A DNA stretch of 64,000 nt from Octopus vulgaris (GCA_951406725.2 OX597830.1:52266001-52330000), one strand, 5' to 3'; counted from the first letter of the stretch, positions 1-15,430 are shown. Program-made: numbers and translations. Notes: a model not told the origin generated them from the sequence alone.

Positions 1-270
1 TGATGAATATAAATATATACATGAACATCAATGCAAGGAATAATAGTGGAACATTCCCCTCAAAACTACTATCAAGTGCAACTATAACAGAATGGAGGTT
101 GTTCTTTGGAACAAACAAGAGATGTACAGCCATAAAGTTTTGAAAGTCAAAGTAAAGAGTATAACTACGAAAAACAGCTTGGAAACGTCTGGCTTTATGT
201 CCGGTTTATAAATTAACATTTATACAAGCAATAGTTGGCATAGTTGGTTTTGTGAGGAGATGCCTAAGTG
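1..270 (+). mobile_element. Degenerate C-terminal fragment of an RLE-type non-LTR retrotransposon (R4/Dong-like)
   Basis: Manual translation gives WNIPLKTTIKCNYNRMEVVLWNKQE ... CPVYKLTFIQAIVGIVGFVRRCL across frameshifts. This matches the HNRPD and IPxIxGALG motif regions of RLE LINEs. Confidence 0.5.
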
Positions 271-280
271 TCAATTAGAA

Positions 281-358
281 AATTTATACACAGTGTGGTA
301 GAGTCAAAGGTTTTTATTTAAATAAAAACCTTTGACTCTATAACACTGTGTATAAATT
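281..358. repeat. 78-bp near-perfect loopless palindrome
   Basis: AATTTATACACAGTGTggTAGAGTCAAAGGTTTTTATTT / AAATAAAAACCTTTGACTCTAtaACACTGTGTATAAATT, centre 319/320. Confidence 0.9.
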
Positions 359-619
359 CTGTACTTGGAATGACCAAGTTTAAATACTGCGGGATCTCAC
401 TTATAAGGTATTGGAATCTTACATTGTGTATAAACTCTATATTTGGAATGACCCATTTTAAATTCTGCTGGATTTTACTCATAAGGTATTGGAATCTTAC
501 ATATATACCATTCTGCCTAAAAAGTGATCTACAACTTCAATATCCCTACATGTCTCACATCTATTTTCTTTCCTCCACCTCACTCTCTATTTTGTATCCT
601 ATCTAAATTAACTATTACT

Positions 620-867
<248 letters not shown>

Positions 868-889
868 TACATACATATATTCGTATATC

Positions 890-1035
890 TACAACAGGCA
901 TCTTTCATTTACTTTCTGTCTAACAAATCACAACAATTTGGTCGGCACTCGTGTATGAAAGGTACTTGCCCAAGATTCCAAGCAGTGGGATTGAACCCGG
1001 AACCATGTGGTTGAGAAGTATAGATTTTACCAGTG
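890..1035 (-). mobile_element. tRNA-derived SINE, 5' part (family A)
   Basis: Similar to 58470-58626. Minus-strand B-box GGTTCAATCCC followed by TTGGGCAAGT. Confidence 0.75.
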
Positions 1036-1271
1036 ATGACGAAGCTTATATATATATACATATATATATATTCTGCGTGTGTTTGTGCGAATGTGTGCAA
1101 ATATTTCTAGATTTGGCTGTAAGTTTATGTTCTTGTTGCCTTTTTTTTGTAGGTATATTTAAAATGGCGATAATGTCTTTTACGATTATGCGTTTTCTTC
1201 CCATTTATTCCAATATTTTGAGCCAATTGACCATACATGCACACATGTATGCGTGAATATATATATATATG

Positions 1272-1451
<180 letters not shown>

Positions 1452-1717
1452 GTTTAATGGCAATCCAGTGCCGGAGGAGAATCATAAATGTCTGTTTTTA
1501 ATCTCAGAGGGAAGATGTCTTCTTTAAATGAGTTCGTAGCCATTTTACATAAACGTATTTGTGTGTGCGTGAGTCTGTGTGTGAACGGATGTATGTGTAT
1601 GTGGCATGATGGAAATGGTACTAAGTATGTATGAATGTACTTAGGTAAGCTTGTGTTTGTGAATGGCTTTATCTCAAATATGACCCGAAGGATGTTCAAT
1701 ATAAGTTAGCAAACCTT

Positions 1718-1795
<78 letters not shown>

Positions 1796-1932
1796 GTGTG
1801 TTTGAGTAGGTATGTATCAATGTGTTTGTCTATGTGAACGGTTTTATGTCAAATATGTCCCCGGAGGACGTTTGAATTATGTTTGCAAACCTAGAGTTAA
1901 CAAGCTGATAAGCTTACACATCACACATATTC

Positions 1933-2056
<124 letters not shown>

Positions 2057-3040
2057 GTAAACGTATGTACATATTTCTACATATATGCATGCATATTATT
2101 TATATATATATTAATATTTATATTTATGAATGTACATATATATGTATGTGTATATGTATATGTATATATACGCACGTGTTTGATAAGAGGTGAATAACAT
2201 TTGAACATATTTGAGCATATTAGCTGCTGTTGCAATGGCCGTGTGTTTGAAGGCTGACAGCGTTTTCTGTGTTAAAAATGTTACAAAATGGCGACACATC
2301 GAAGCATTCTGTATTGATTCTCTCGATAAATGATGCGTGATTCTGCTAATTATTAAACATATACAACTCCATTTTTATACATCCCTACCATAATCTTGTC
2401 AATTCCACAGGTGGAATTTGGAGGCGAATGAAAGCAAATTCAAGATTAGACGTAATATATTTAGGAATTACGATGTTAGATTTTCCTCCTTTATTTTTTC
2501 TTTTCTGTTAATGTCGAGTTTTCTGTATTATTTATCAGATATTTTGGGTGATTTTGTTTTTGATTTTATTAGTGTGTTTTAATATTTGTTATCCAATACG
2601 TGAGAAATATCACTTCGATTAGATATTGCGCACATAACAAATAGTGAATTGTAAGCGAATTTATAGAAAAAGAATTTTAAAAAAACATTGAACAACGAAA
2701 AACGAATACACATCAAAAAATTATTAAACGGATATATGTCTGTTTAAAGAACATTTATAGTTTTCATGTATTTGTTTGTCTACAAGTGTTTATATATTAC
2801 TTTCTCTCCACGTTTTTCTTTATATATAAGTATATGTATGTACATCTATACATCTATAAGTGTATTTATGCATACATATATATGTGTGTGTGTTTATGTA
2901 TATGTATATGTATATATATGTATGTGAGTGTGAGTGTATGCATATGTATATGTATATATATATATAAGTATATGTTGTATGTATGTATATATATATACAT
3001 ATATATGTATGTATGTGTGTGTATATATCTATATGTATGT

Positions 3041-3072
<32 letters not shown>

Positions 3073-3355
3073 TTACATAAGTATGTATATATGCATGCAT
3101 ATTACATTATTTGTATAAGGTGTATGTATTTACCTATATATTATAATATTTATATATAAATTTGTATATATTTATTCTCTATGGGTTTTTTGTTATTTTT
3201 GTTACTTCCTAGATTATATCTAATTAACGACGTCAAAGAAATAGTTCGTGTGATTATATCATGTCGCCTTCGTTTGTGCTCTCATCGTTCTTAATGATAC
3301 ACTTTCTAAGTGCTTGTACACGTATATAAATTTGTGCATGTATGTATATTTATAC

Positions 3356-3408
<53 letters not shown>

Positions 3409-3482
3409 CATATAAATTTACACAAACCCACATATATATATACATACAAATATGCACATACGACTGCGCATACACACAAACG

Positions 3483-3519
<37 letters not shown>

Positions 3520-3556
3520 CCTATGGAGGGTTGCATTTACAACCCCTATCTCAATT

Positions 3557-3611
<55 letters not shown>

Positions 3612-3849
3612 GACTTTGAATGTGCGGGTACATTTGTCATTATTTATATTTTTCCTCAACATTTTTCTTCATCTACGAGACATCTTTCTTATACATTACT
3701 TCCTTCGTGATAATATCAATAACAATAATAACAAAACACAATGTAAGCACGTACCTCAACAGACCAGGAAAGTGTTAACATTGAAAAAATATTTTTAAAA
3801 TTCGATTAGTAGAAAACAAATCACTTGTGTGCCTTCTCTAAAAATTGTT

Positions 3850-4676
3850 CTTAAAATCTGTGAAGACAAAGAAAGATATAAAATATATCAAATGAGATAA
3901 ATCTGCCGGATCTTTTCTGCGATGAGTCGAATTAAGTATGAACACTGATCAATGAGCACATTAAATTAACCAGAGACACCAAAATCAGAGAATTATTCCT
4001 GAAACCTTTATAAATATTCAGACGATAAAACTAAAGAAAGAAGAGTCAGATTTAATATTAAATATTGAACGGAATGCAAGAAATAAGACAATATTATAAA
4101 TATGTTGGGTTTCCCAGCAATAAATTTATTGCGTTGAAATAATAAAGAGTAAGTTAATTGAAGAACTTAGACAAAACAAAAAATAGAATAAGAAAACAAC
4201 AGGTAAAAATTGACATTCCGAAGCCACAACCCACTAAAAATTGATATAGATGGAATGTATTTAAGTCACATGGCGAGGAGAAGGATTTGGATAAATCAAA
4301 ATACAAGTATAAGATAACAAATGTAAAACTAAAAGAATATTTAGAAACAGTAAAGGGGAAACCGCGTTATGAAAATTAAAGAAAGAAGAATTTATGTGCA
4401 TATAGTCCTTTGTACTACAAGCAGAAGGTCTAAAAGTTTTTAGGGGAGTGGGGCTGGTTAGTTACATTGGCACCAATACTTATTTCATTAACTCCGAAAA
4501 ATGAGAGACAACCTCGACTAAATGAAAGACAACCTCGACTTCTGCGGAATTGGCACTCAGAGCGTAAAGACTACGAAATGCTGCGAAGCATTTTCTTTCT
4601 GCCAGTTCACCATTTTATTTATACCTACACACATACATTCATACAAACACACACACGTGTGTGAGTGAGTGTGTGA

Positions 4677-4739
<63 letters not shown>

Positions 4740-5130
4740 GATATGGATGCATGTATGTATTTACTGAAATTATTTGGTTCCAACAAGAAAACAAATTATT
4801 CTGAAGATGATATAAGGAAGACAAAATTCCAAAATATACAAAAGAAACGAGAAAAATCACTCCATGGCCGATACCCACCGAGAGGAAAGAAGCCAGAGTA
4901 GGCGCCAGGAATGACTCAAAAATGCCTGATTTCATTCACATATGAATATTTAACGGCAAAACGTTACAAAAACAGAATTCTGAAGAATGGTGCTAACTTC
5001 CTTGAAGCCTACAAAACCAGTATAATGAAATAATTAACGGCATTACTTCTTGATGTCTATCGTTGAGTATATCCATAGACGTGATTGGGTTGGCATCTAT
5101 GACTATATGACGAAATTTTGATGCAAAAAT
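3850..5130 (+). mobile_element. Highly degenerate RLE-type LINE (R4/Dong-like), interrupted by a SINE and microsatellites
   Basis: Peptide remnants QYYKYVG (RT domain 7-like), KSLHGRYP, RILKNGAN and EYIHRRDWVGIY (RHD motif region). Many stops. Confidence 0.5.
4412..4600 (-). mobile_element. Diverged tRNA-derived SINE (family B)
   Basis: TCGACTTCTGCGGAATTGGCACTCAGAGCGTAAAGAC resembles the family B copies at 42.9-43.1 kb. Small internal duplication. Confidence 0.65.
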
Positions 5131-5424
5131 TGGTTGACTAATCTCGAAATCGAGGTTATACCAAAGAATATTATGGTAATTCTTTTAATAATTGTAAAAA
5201 TAATAACAGTACTAGTTGGGACATTAATATTACCGTTATCGATTAGCATGGAAAGAACTATGTTAATAGTAGCTGCTGGAATTCCAGAATATTCCATAAA
5301 TGCTCAGCTAAATGTTAAGCATACGATGTATCAACGGCTTGTGAAGAAAATCACAAGAAACGACTTAACCCCACCCATCAAACGTTGCTAGCCTGGTGCC
5401 TATGTCATCATTATTATTATTGAT

Positions 5425-5535
5425 GGTCTGGTGAAACCGTTAGCGCGTCGAACAAACTTCATTGAGTTATCTGTGCATCTTTGAGTTCTGAGTTAAATTC
5501 CTGCCTAGATCGAATTTGCCTTTCATCATTTCGCG
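5425..5535 (+). mobile_element. Diverged SINE head (family B)
   Basis: GTTCTGAGTTAAATTCC...TTTGCCTTTCATC. Confidence 0.55.
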
Positions 5536-5670
5536 CTCAATAACAACTTCCCACCAAATTGCTCACCTTGTACCAAAAATCGAAACCATTCTCTAATACC
5601 ATCATCTTCTTCTTCTCCTACTCCTTTTTCTTCTCTGTTATTATTATTGATATTATTATCATCATTATTT

Positions 5671-5710
<40 letters not shown>

Positions 5711-5834
5711 CAGCAGCAGCAGCAGCACTGGTAGTAGTAGTAGTAGTAGTAGTAGTAATAGTAGTAGTAGTAGTAGTAGTAGTAGTAGCAGCAGCACTAG
5801 TAGTAGTAGTAGTAGTAGTAGTAGCAGCAGTAGC

Positions 5835-5930
<96 letters not shown>

Positions 5931-5931
5931 T
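5671..5931. repeat. (GTA/GCA)n trinucleotide microsatellite
   Basis: Directly visible; source of the poly-S/T/V/L ORFs. Confidence 0.95.
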
Positions 5932-7599
5932 GATACGTCATTATCATCATCATCACCATCATCAGTCCCCACTATCATAATGCTCTCTGCCTTTATAGTT
6001 CCCACCTCCACCCTAATGCTATCACCAACTTCACGATGAAAGTGATGAAAGGTAAAAGGAAAAAGAAGAGGACGACGACGATAATGACGTTGATGTTCAT
6101 AATGAAGATGATGAATATGGTAATCATCATCATCACCATCATCATCGTCCTTGACCACCATACAAATCCGTTATTCATAAATGTTAACAGTGACAAATAA
6201 ACACTAACGTTACCTACCCAGTGATGCTATTTCAGATGCCACTTGCCCCTAAACCCCGCTCCCTGTTTCCTCATGCTCCTTATTTCCTACATGTATAACA
6301 CTTTCTTCCCTTCTTTCTTTCTCGCTCATGTCATACGTTCAAATTTTAATAATAACCTGCTCAAATTAATTCTTAATTATTTATGGTGTCGATAGATTTA
6401 ATATTGCTTTCAAAGATACAAGAAGAAAAGAATTATCATTCGTTAAGTTTCTTTTAATTTTGTACGTTAACATATCACATCAACGGGGAACCCGTGTATG
6501 GTCGCTCGGCCTGTTATAAATCGGAGTCATATTGTCTTTTAAAATTGTAAGGATGCACTTGATAGTGTAGTCCTAGCTTCACTTTGCTCGAAAGGAAGTA
6601 AATACAAACAGGATAGTGAAGCTGAAATATATTTGATCGTGGGCTTGTTGGATTCGGTTTGACCTGATTTAAACAATTACAACTATGATAGAAATATATA
6701 TATATATATATATATATATCAAATAGAAACGAGGAAAATAACAGATATATCTGAAAATCAAATTTTTAATAATTATTCTTAATTAAATATTTGGAAGCTG
6801 TAATTAACCTAAAATTAGTAGCATTATTAACATGTTCAATAATTGCAAAATATAGATTTCATTTGCTTCCTGCAATATCTAAGAGAAATTCTTGCGATAA
6901 AAGGCAGTTCAATCACTACAATCAGAGTCTAGTGACAGTTAGGTCTTTCAGATAGTGTGTAAGGACTGTTAGGTCAGAAGAGAGTAAAGATATAAGGACA
7001 GTTATATCTCGATAATACTTAAATTATAAGGGCAATTAGGAAATAACGGGTCAGTTGTATGTACTGTTAGGTCACACGGACATTTCCGACGCAAGGGCAA
7101 CTATGTCATATTGTCATATGGACAAGAGGATCAAATGACAGCTAGTTAATTCATAGAGTTAGGATGTAATAGCAGTAACATCAGAGGAATAATTAATTTA
7201 TGAGGTCTGGTAGTACAGACGAGGTTTTAAGATCCGCAACGTTATATAGACAATGGTGTCATGGAAGAGGCCATGTCGTAAAGGTAGTTATATCTAGAAA
7301 ACAGACAATTGCTTGCAGACTAAAAACCAGGGCAGCAAAACAGTTATTAAGAGTCCCAATACAAAAATATTGCAATCTGACGATCATAAGTTCGAGTCTC
7401 ACTATGGAAGTACGTTCATTTTTTTTAATGAGTGAAGCAAATAAAAGAATAAAACAATATATACAGAAAAGAATAAAACAATACATACAAAAAAAGCTAA
7501 AAGAATAAAAGAATACAAACAAGTAAAAGAATAAAAAAATACATACATAAAAGAATAAAAGTATACATGCAGAAATAAAGGTCAAATGTCAGAGAAAAA

Positions 7600-8050
7600 C
7601 GTTGAGTAGCGTTGCACCAGCAAAAACTGTTCATTCCATTTTCGTCCCGTGAGTGACACAAAGCAACTGTAAAAAGATATTTTGAAATCGAGAGACAAAG
7701 AATATACTATGCAAGCTTCAAGACACAAAGCAACTGTAAAAAGATATTTTGAAATCGAGAGACAAAGAATATACTATGCAAGCTTCAAGACACAAACATT
7801 TAAATAATGGTTTCCGAAGCTATAATTTGTGTTCACAGCAATCTCCCCTTTAGAGCAGTCTTAAAAAAAAAAAATAATAATTTCGAGGCAGACACATTGC
7901 CAAACTCTTTTTCAAGAATGGTAAATGTCTTGTTGAGGCAGTACAGCTGATAGCAAACATATGCACCGCTTGGTCATGCTTTTTCGTTTCTTTCTAAATC
8001 TGCTGACGAAGCGTCAATCAAAAGAAACCAGCGTAATCTATGTTTATCTC
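7600..8050 (-). mobile_element. Possible degenerate LTR-retrotransposon RNase H remnant
   Basis: Minus-strand fragments LIDASS, TILEKEF and RKPL occur in the order of the Gypsy DAS / EKE / DHKPL motifs. Heavily frameshifted. Confidence 0.3.
7655..7796. repeat. Perfect 67-bp tandem duplication with 8-bp microhomology
   Basis: The unit starting GACACAAAGCAACTG begins at 7655 and 7722; GACACAAA recurs at 7789. Confidence 0.9.
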
Positions 8051-8501
8051 ATGGGAATTAACACTCATCAGACTCTACACATTTCCAATATTATAGTATT
8101 ATTGTATAGTGAGGACTTTCATGATCATGAACCAAAATATTTACTAAATCTAGCTACATATACAAAATCAGTGAAAAGAAGGTTTAAGACATTAGCTTTG
8201 AATCTTCGACTTTTCTGCCCAGATAAGAAATTTACACTTCTGTCCATTAACATTGACTTATGCGGTTGTGTTACTTTGCGTTTAAGTCTGGTAGATTGGG
8301 TACTTCCAGTAAAAGAATGTTACCAGACAACTCTCCGTCTATAATTTCTGTCTTTAAGTGGAAGATTAAAAATATGAAAGAGTTTCCTACAGTTCAGCAT
8401 ATGTCTTTGTACTGTTATTGTTATCTAAATTGCAATGATGGAGTTTTGTTGTTAACTAGCCTTCCCCGTACACTTCCACGAATGATTTCCTTATTAATAT
8501 A

Positions 8502-8537
<36 letters not shown>

Positions 8538-8715
8538 TGTATGTATGTATGTATGTATGTATGTATGTATGTATCTATGTATGCATAGGTATGTATATTT
8601 CTATATATCTAACTACTTAAAATATCCATTCAATAATTGGATATTAAAATGTCTAAAATATTCATCCAGCTTTATCAGATCACATGAATATTAATAGACC
8701 TTTACACACTCAAAT

Positions 8716-8832
<117 letters not shown>

Positions 8833-9844
8833 TTTTGATGTAATATAAATATATATATATATACATTATATATGTATGCATATACGCACAGACACACGCA
8901 CTCATACTTAAATATATACATACATATAAATACATACGTGCCTTAAGTCATTTATCTATATAATACAATAGAAACTCAATTATTCACACTTATGTGAGTG
9001 TGTATGCTCACGCATAGCTATATATGTATGTGATTTTATACGCAGTAGACTTCCATTTCTACATACATTTAGTTAAGACAACATATTGCACATACATATA
9101 CTCTTCCGTTCCCTCTGTCTCACTCCCACTCTCACTCTATGTATTCACACACACATGTATATACACACACATATTTAGATGTGTATGTATGTATGCATGC
9201 ATGTATTTATGTATGTATTGTCTTTCTTGCTTATACTAACTCCGAAACAAAAACCAACTTTGATCATTTTCAGACAAAGGCTGCTCACGCATACGCGAAC
9301 AATTCCTTCACTTATACTATTTTACTCGCAATCTCTCTCCCAGCACAAATACGCCCACATGTATACACACCATCGCTTAAACACACACATACACAGACAC
9401 ACACACATATATATACACATACACACACCGTCACACGCAAACAGTCACCACGTCTTTTATAATATTAAGAGACTAGAATTCTTAAGACAATATTTATATT
9501 ACATCAAAAACATACACATAAGCACATCCGTATGCAAACAGACGCCCACATTGACTTACGCATACGTATAGACCCATCTACAAAGCTAAAATATTTAATA
9601 GTTCCTATTTCACAAATAAACGAAACATTAACAAACACACCAAACACCGCGCGAAAACAACAAAAGCTGCGCTAAAAATATACGAATCAGTTCACCAAAA
9701 CTACTTGAATCTCAACGCTATAAGATAGTGAGGGAAGCAGAATTGGTTATCTTGACGAAAAACAATTCAGTATTTTTACTTTAATAATTTTGCTACTGCG
9801 CTGCAAATATTTCATTTCTGTTATATTTATTTACTCTTTTCATT

Positions 9845-10100
9845 AATACAGGGCTACTACAACCAACCCTTAATTTCAATTACATTTATTGAAGTTTTGT
9901 AATAATAGAGAACTAGCATCATAAATATTGAATGTGTTACATTCATTATTTGCAATAATACAGGACTATCACAGCAAATATTCAACCTCACTTATATCAA
10001 TTTAAGTTTTGCAATAATACAGGACTATCACAGCAAATATTCAACCTCAATTATATGAATTTAAGTTTTGCAATAATACAGGACTATCACAATAAATATT
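9845..10100. repeat. ~59-bp minisatellite, about 4 units
   Basis: TAATACAGGACTATCACAGCAAATATTCAACCTCA...AAGTTTTGCAA is repeated, with increasing divergence leftwards. Confidence 0.85.
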
Positions 10101-10379
10101 GGATTTCAGGTTCCTTTATATGTTCCAATGACACACAGCTATAGTAAGACTATTACTTAGTTTGGACCTCACTTTAATTACTCCCAAAATAATTAATTTC
10201 TTTTTTATGATAATCAACAACATATTCATAAAATAGAATTTTAAAATGCATAAATATTCAAAAAGTAATCAAATATGTAACCTTGTGTACTACAATGTAT
10301 AAGTTAGCTACATTTTAAGGTTTTGACTATTGCCGCTCTCATATAGTAGTCTTTCTGTTTACTTCTGTTATTGTTTATC

Positions 10380-10570
10380 ATGAAGTTCATAGGCTGGCCA
10401 AGATACTCTCATGCTAGGCGACCAAATGAGGTTTACTTCTCAACATTGTTCCCCTTGCAGTCCACACACTTCTTCCATCAGTGTTGCCGCGCTTGGATCC
10501 CATTAGTGAGAAAGCCTTCATCCTGTTGGTCAAAAACAATCTTCAACATTAGATATGACGTCATCGTCAC
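10380..10570 (-). mobile_element. mariner transposase C-terminal remnant
   Basis: Minus strand DDVISNVED / FDQQDEGFLTNGIQARQH*WKKCVDCKGNNVEK* matches the mariner C-terminal WxKCVxxxGxYVEK motif. Confidence 0.7.
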
Positions 10571-10669
10571 TGCAATTCCTCTTGTAGCTTGTTGTGATTG
10601 TCCGCGTTGTCGCCGTTGCTATCGCCGCCATTACTGCTGTGGCTGCTCTTGTTATCTTGGTTACTGCGA

Positions 10670-10693
10670 CAGTTGTTGTTGTGGCTGTCGTCG

Positions 10694-10747
<54 letters not shown>

Positions 10748-10933
10748 CTTTGTGATGACAGTCTTGAGTGAAATCAGGATTTAAAGTTAATAACGCACAG
10801 ATCCATTAATTAACCTTAAACACTTGCGATGATAACAACTTGCGGTTGCACAATGAATGGGTTCCAGCGAACTTAACTGGCTTGTTGTTGTTGTTGGTAT
10901 TGGTGCTCTTGTTGTTGCCGCTGTATTGTTATT

Positions 10934-10965
<32 letters not shown>

Positions 10966-11130
10966 CGTATTGATGTTGCTGTTATCGTTGTTAATGTTGA
11001 TATTGTTCTTGTTGGTATTGTACTGTTGCTGTTATTGCTGTCGTGTTGCAATTGTTGTTGTTGTTGTTGCTGCTGCGGTTGTTGTTGTTTTTGTTGTTGC
11101 TGTTTTTGTTGTTGCTGTTGTTGTTGTTGC

Positions 11131-11167
<37 letters not shown>

Positions 11168-11447
11168 GCTGTTGTTGTTGCTGTTGTTGTTGTTGTTAGT
11201 TATGTTCTGCTGCCTCTTTGCTGCCAGTTGTGATTGCTGTGTGAAGTTTTCTACCATTGCTGTTATTATTATTATTATTATTATTATCATCATCATCATC
11301 ATCATCATAAACATCATCATCATTATTATAATTACTGTTGTTGTTACTGTTGTGTCGTTGTTGTTGCCGTTGTTGTTATTGTTATTTTTGCTGTTGCAAT
11401 TATTATTGTTATAAACTTGTATTTATTAACGCTGACATTGTTACTGC

Positions 11448-11481
<34 letters not shown>

Positions 11482-11516
11482 GCTGCTGCTGCTGCTGTTG
11501 TTGTTGTTGTTGTTGT
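10670..11516. repeat. (GTT/GCT/ATT/ATC)n compound trinucleotide region
   Basis: Directly visible. Confidence 0.9.
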
Positions 11517-12419
11517 ACTCTATCCTTTCTCCGCTGCTCCCCTGCTGTTTCGCCTTCAGCTTTGAATTAATCAACGGAAGAAAAACGATTAATAACAAAA
11601 TTTATAATTTCGGTTCCCGTGTTTCTCTTTTTATTTTTCCTTTTCCAAATTCTCCCTCCCTCTCCCCCCCCCCATTTATACTTCATCTTTCTTCTCCCTT
11701 TCTATATTTGTTATCTATTTATTTCATTTTATTTTGTTTTGTTTATTAATCTATTCTAAATGATTATAACAGAATGTTGTTTTAAAATAATGCTTTTTTT
11801 TTAAGGTTTTGAAATGGAAAACAATAGAAACATAATGAAGAAACAGGAGGAGTATGAAGTATGAGAGAGAGGGAGGGGTAAGGGCAGCAGTTGAGGAAGA
11901 AGAGAGAAAAGTGGGGAATGATGGAATATCAAGCCAACTAGATAGACATAACTGTATACCTCTCACGATAGAGAGAAAACTAACAGAATATAGACAACAC
12001 TGATAATACGAGAGGACACAGTAAGAACACATACAAAGCGAAATGGCTGCTATATGATAATTAATATGAAATAACATAAATGGTATATCATTTCTTAATA
12101 ATAGGATAAGAATTAGTTATACGTTATAACAGGATATAACGTGATATATAGAAACTAAAAGGATGATAGCGAATAAGGATTAGGGATTACTCAGATACAA
12201 TTTTAAAAAACTACGTAAGTTATATCAATATCCCTGTTAAAACTATTGTATCAGGGAAGTGCGTATCTTTAAGTTCGATTGTGCTGCGTTTCTGATAATA
12301 TTCGAAATGTGTACGAAATTATGGATAAATACATTTAAAATGATTTAATGAACAGAAAGCTATCTAAGAAGGCAGCATGGCTGCCGTTCTAGCTTCTTGT
12401 TATCTTTTGTTATATTTAT

Positions 12420-12830
12420 ATTATATTAAGGTGTTTTTATATGCGAGTGGGTTGTGGATTACTTCGAAGAAGGAAATTCAGCGACTGGCTACGACGGAGA
12501 GGGCCATGGATAGATTCATACTATGTTGTTATGAGAGCATATCCAAAACGACTTTATGTGACGTGGGAGGTGTGAGTGCAGTATACTGAAAGCACAAGTT
12601 CAACTGGGCTGGGACTGAACTGGGACTGGACATATAACAAGGATGACACACAATAAGTGAACCCATGCTTTGACCGCGAGTGGTGTCCAAGAGATATGAA
12701 GTGACCATTCAAGATGCAAGACAATAGGAAGGCGACATGATGATACAATAATGGCCCAAATGGAGGTAAAGGGCACAATCGAAGTAAGAATGAACAGAAT
12801 ACTGACCAATGGTATATAAAGACGTCTGAC
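12420..12830 (+). mobile_element. 3' fragment of an RTE-clade LINE, degenerate
   Basis: VFLYASGLWITSKKEIQRLATTERAMDRFIL ... KFNWAG / GHITRMTHNK ... EWCPRDMK match the RTE LYxSETW, WAGHxxR and WxPR motifs. Confidence 0.7.
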
Positions 12831-12974
12831 AGTCTTGTAGATTTATACAAACATACACACATACGCACACAAACGCACACACACGCACAAACACATACAC
12901 ACACATATGCACACACGCGCACCAACACGCACACACACAAACACCTACACACACACACCAACACACACACACAC

Positions 12975-13205
12975 AATGGATAATAAATAATAAAACGAAT
13001 GGTTTACCCCTGGTAGCTTACTGGTAAAGCACGGTCACTTTCAGGGTGATCGTTAGGTAAATAAAAAATGAAAGGCAGAAGATGGAATATACGAGAATAT
13101 ATTATCAATCACAACAATTGCTTCGATAGATGATGAGTAAAGCACCGGCACAGTTTCGATTACCTGTTGTTATCCGTAGATTTACTGCAGGAACTTCGTA
13201 GGGGC
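12975..13205 (-). repeat. Left arm of a 231-bp inverted repeat pair (partner 15527-15757)
   Basis: Reverse complement of 15527-15757, no indels, about 8 mismatches by eye. Confidence 0.92.
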
Positions 13206-13441
13206 GATATTCCAGAGCCTTTTTGCTATTTACTTCAATATCAATATCGACTTTCTTTGTGAATTTTTAGGCTTCGGCCATACATGCACATACAAGATGT
13301 TCATTTCTTTTTCCTTTCCAGCAACACCTGTGCTTGACGTTATTTAAAGTGAAAACAAAATTGCACAGAACTAATCCCACAGTCTAAACTACAAGACATG
13401 ATCTAATTGGTCTTATTTCTTATTTTCCACGCTGACATTGA

Positions 13442-13524
<83 letters not shown>

Positions 13525-13700
13525 AGAGTTTACGAAAAAAACAAAAGACGGAGACAGGTGGTGTACTAAACAAACAGATGTATTAGTATAACGCTCAGGA
13601 ATAGAAAAAGTCTTTTACGTTTCTAGCCTACGCTCTTCTACAGAAAGGGACACAGAAAAAAAACAAGGAGAGAAGCAAGGAGAGAAAAAAGAAAAGAGAG
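13525..13700 (-). mobile_element. PLE-like terminal repeat (family F) with variant hammerhead at 13610-13649
   Basis: Homologous to 16490-16640. Minus strand CUUU CUGUAGA A GAGC GUAG GCUA GAAA C GUA AAAG. Confidence 0.55.
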
Positions 13701-13897
13701 AAATAAATTATATATGTATGTATATATATATATACGTATATAAATTTATATAAATAAGGATAAGATCATTAATTTAAAATAAAATATCTATTTTATCAAG
13801 TGGCCAGCATTGAAAAAATAACCTTCAAAGATAATAATTATAAAAATAATAAATTAGAGTATCTCGTAGATACCCTAATTTATAATTTTATATACAT

Positions 13898-13963
<66 letters not shown>

Positions 13964-14548
13964 CAATCAACTGTGTGCAGAATACTGTTAGAACAAGGTG
14001 CGATATGGTTTGTTTTTTTTCATCAATTTTGTTCGGCATTAAGACAACGCTTGTTTAAAACATTAGCATACCATGAACAATATAGATGAAATATTATATA
14101 AATAGCATAACATACAATAATGTAACATGAACCACAATAATATAATACTTTATAAAATAAGTATAATACATCGTATAGTGTCTATAATATATATATTATT
14201 TATCATATTGAAATATGAAAGGTGTTACGCTTATATAATAAAAAAAACCCCGAAGATTTTGAAATGTGGAATAGCACAAAAGCGATATCACACACGCTAT
14301 GAAATAAGTAATTTCATACTTCAATAGTAATTTCATACCAATATAGTTTATTATTTAAATTGCTTTTTTTTTTTTTAGATATTTATATTTCTGTTTCTAT
14401 ATTTACCAGATTGATGTACATCGAGCATACGGATATGTATTTTTTTCTTTGTATATATATGTGTGTATTTATAAATATATATGTGTGTGTGTGTGTGTTT
14501 CTGTACGTCTATGTATATACACACAAGCATATATATATGTATGTGTGT

Positions 14549-14587
<39 letters not shown>

Positions 14588-14939
14588 GTGTTATGTGAGA
14601 GTGCGTATTATGTTCATGTAATTATATATGTTATGCATGTATATGGGTATTTAAATATGTGTGTACATACATATATATATGTAACAATGTTTGTTTGCAT
14701 ATATGCGTGTAAGCATGTGTATATGCTTGTGTGAATGTATCAAAGAATGAAAATATGTATGTATCAATATTCTGAGTGGATGAATCGAAATTAGAAGTAT
14801 ATATAAATACGTGTGTATGTATGCATCGGTGCGTATGCATTTGCGTGTTTGTATACTTATATGTGTGTTTCTATGCGTATATGTTTGTAGCAGGAAAATG
14901 CATATATATGTATGTGTGTATATATGCGTGTGTGTGTAT

Positions 14940-14980
<41 letters not shown>

Positions 14981-15270
14981 CATACACACATATATATATA
15001 CATATATATATACGCACACATATGTATATGTATGCATGCATGCATATATATGCATATATATATAAATATGTATATATGTATTATGCATATATATTTATAT
15101 ACATATATATGCACACGCACACACAAATATGTTTTTATGTACATACAGGTATGGTGATGTAAATAGGAAAAATAGAACTCAAAATATGAGTATATTCATA
15201 TTTTTAATTATATGTAACAGAAGCAACAGAGTGACTCAAGGGCCGAAAGTGTTGTGCACTGACACATACC

Positions 15271-15345
<75 letters not shown>

Positions 15346-15430
15346 TTTGTTTTTACTCATTCTCGAATTGATGGATATATAGCGGTACGTAAGCCGACTC
15401 AAGAAATATCTACTCAGACTTTCTATTGAT

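Noticed and set aside
5103-5391. Hydrophobic membrane-protein-like ORFs on both strands
   Set aside because: AT-rich degenerate triplet sequence next to a LINE remnant; no motif or convincing splice sites.
6925-7420. Recurrent GACAGTTAGGTC-like words with ~30-bp spacing (CRISPR-like look)
   Set aside because: The repeats are too degenerate and the context is eukaryotic; best read as an old minisatellite.
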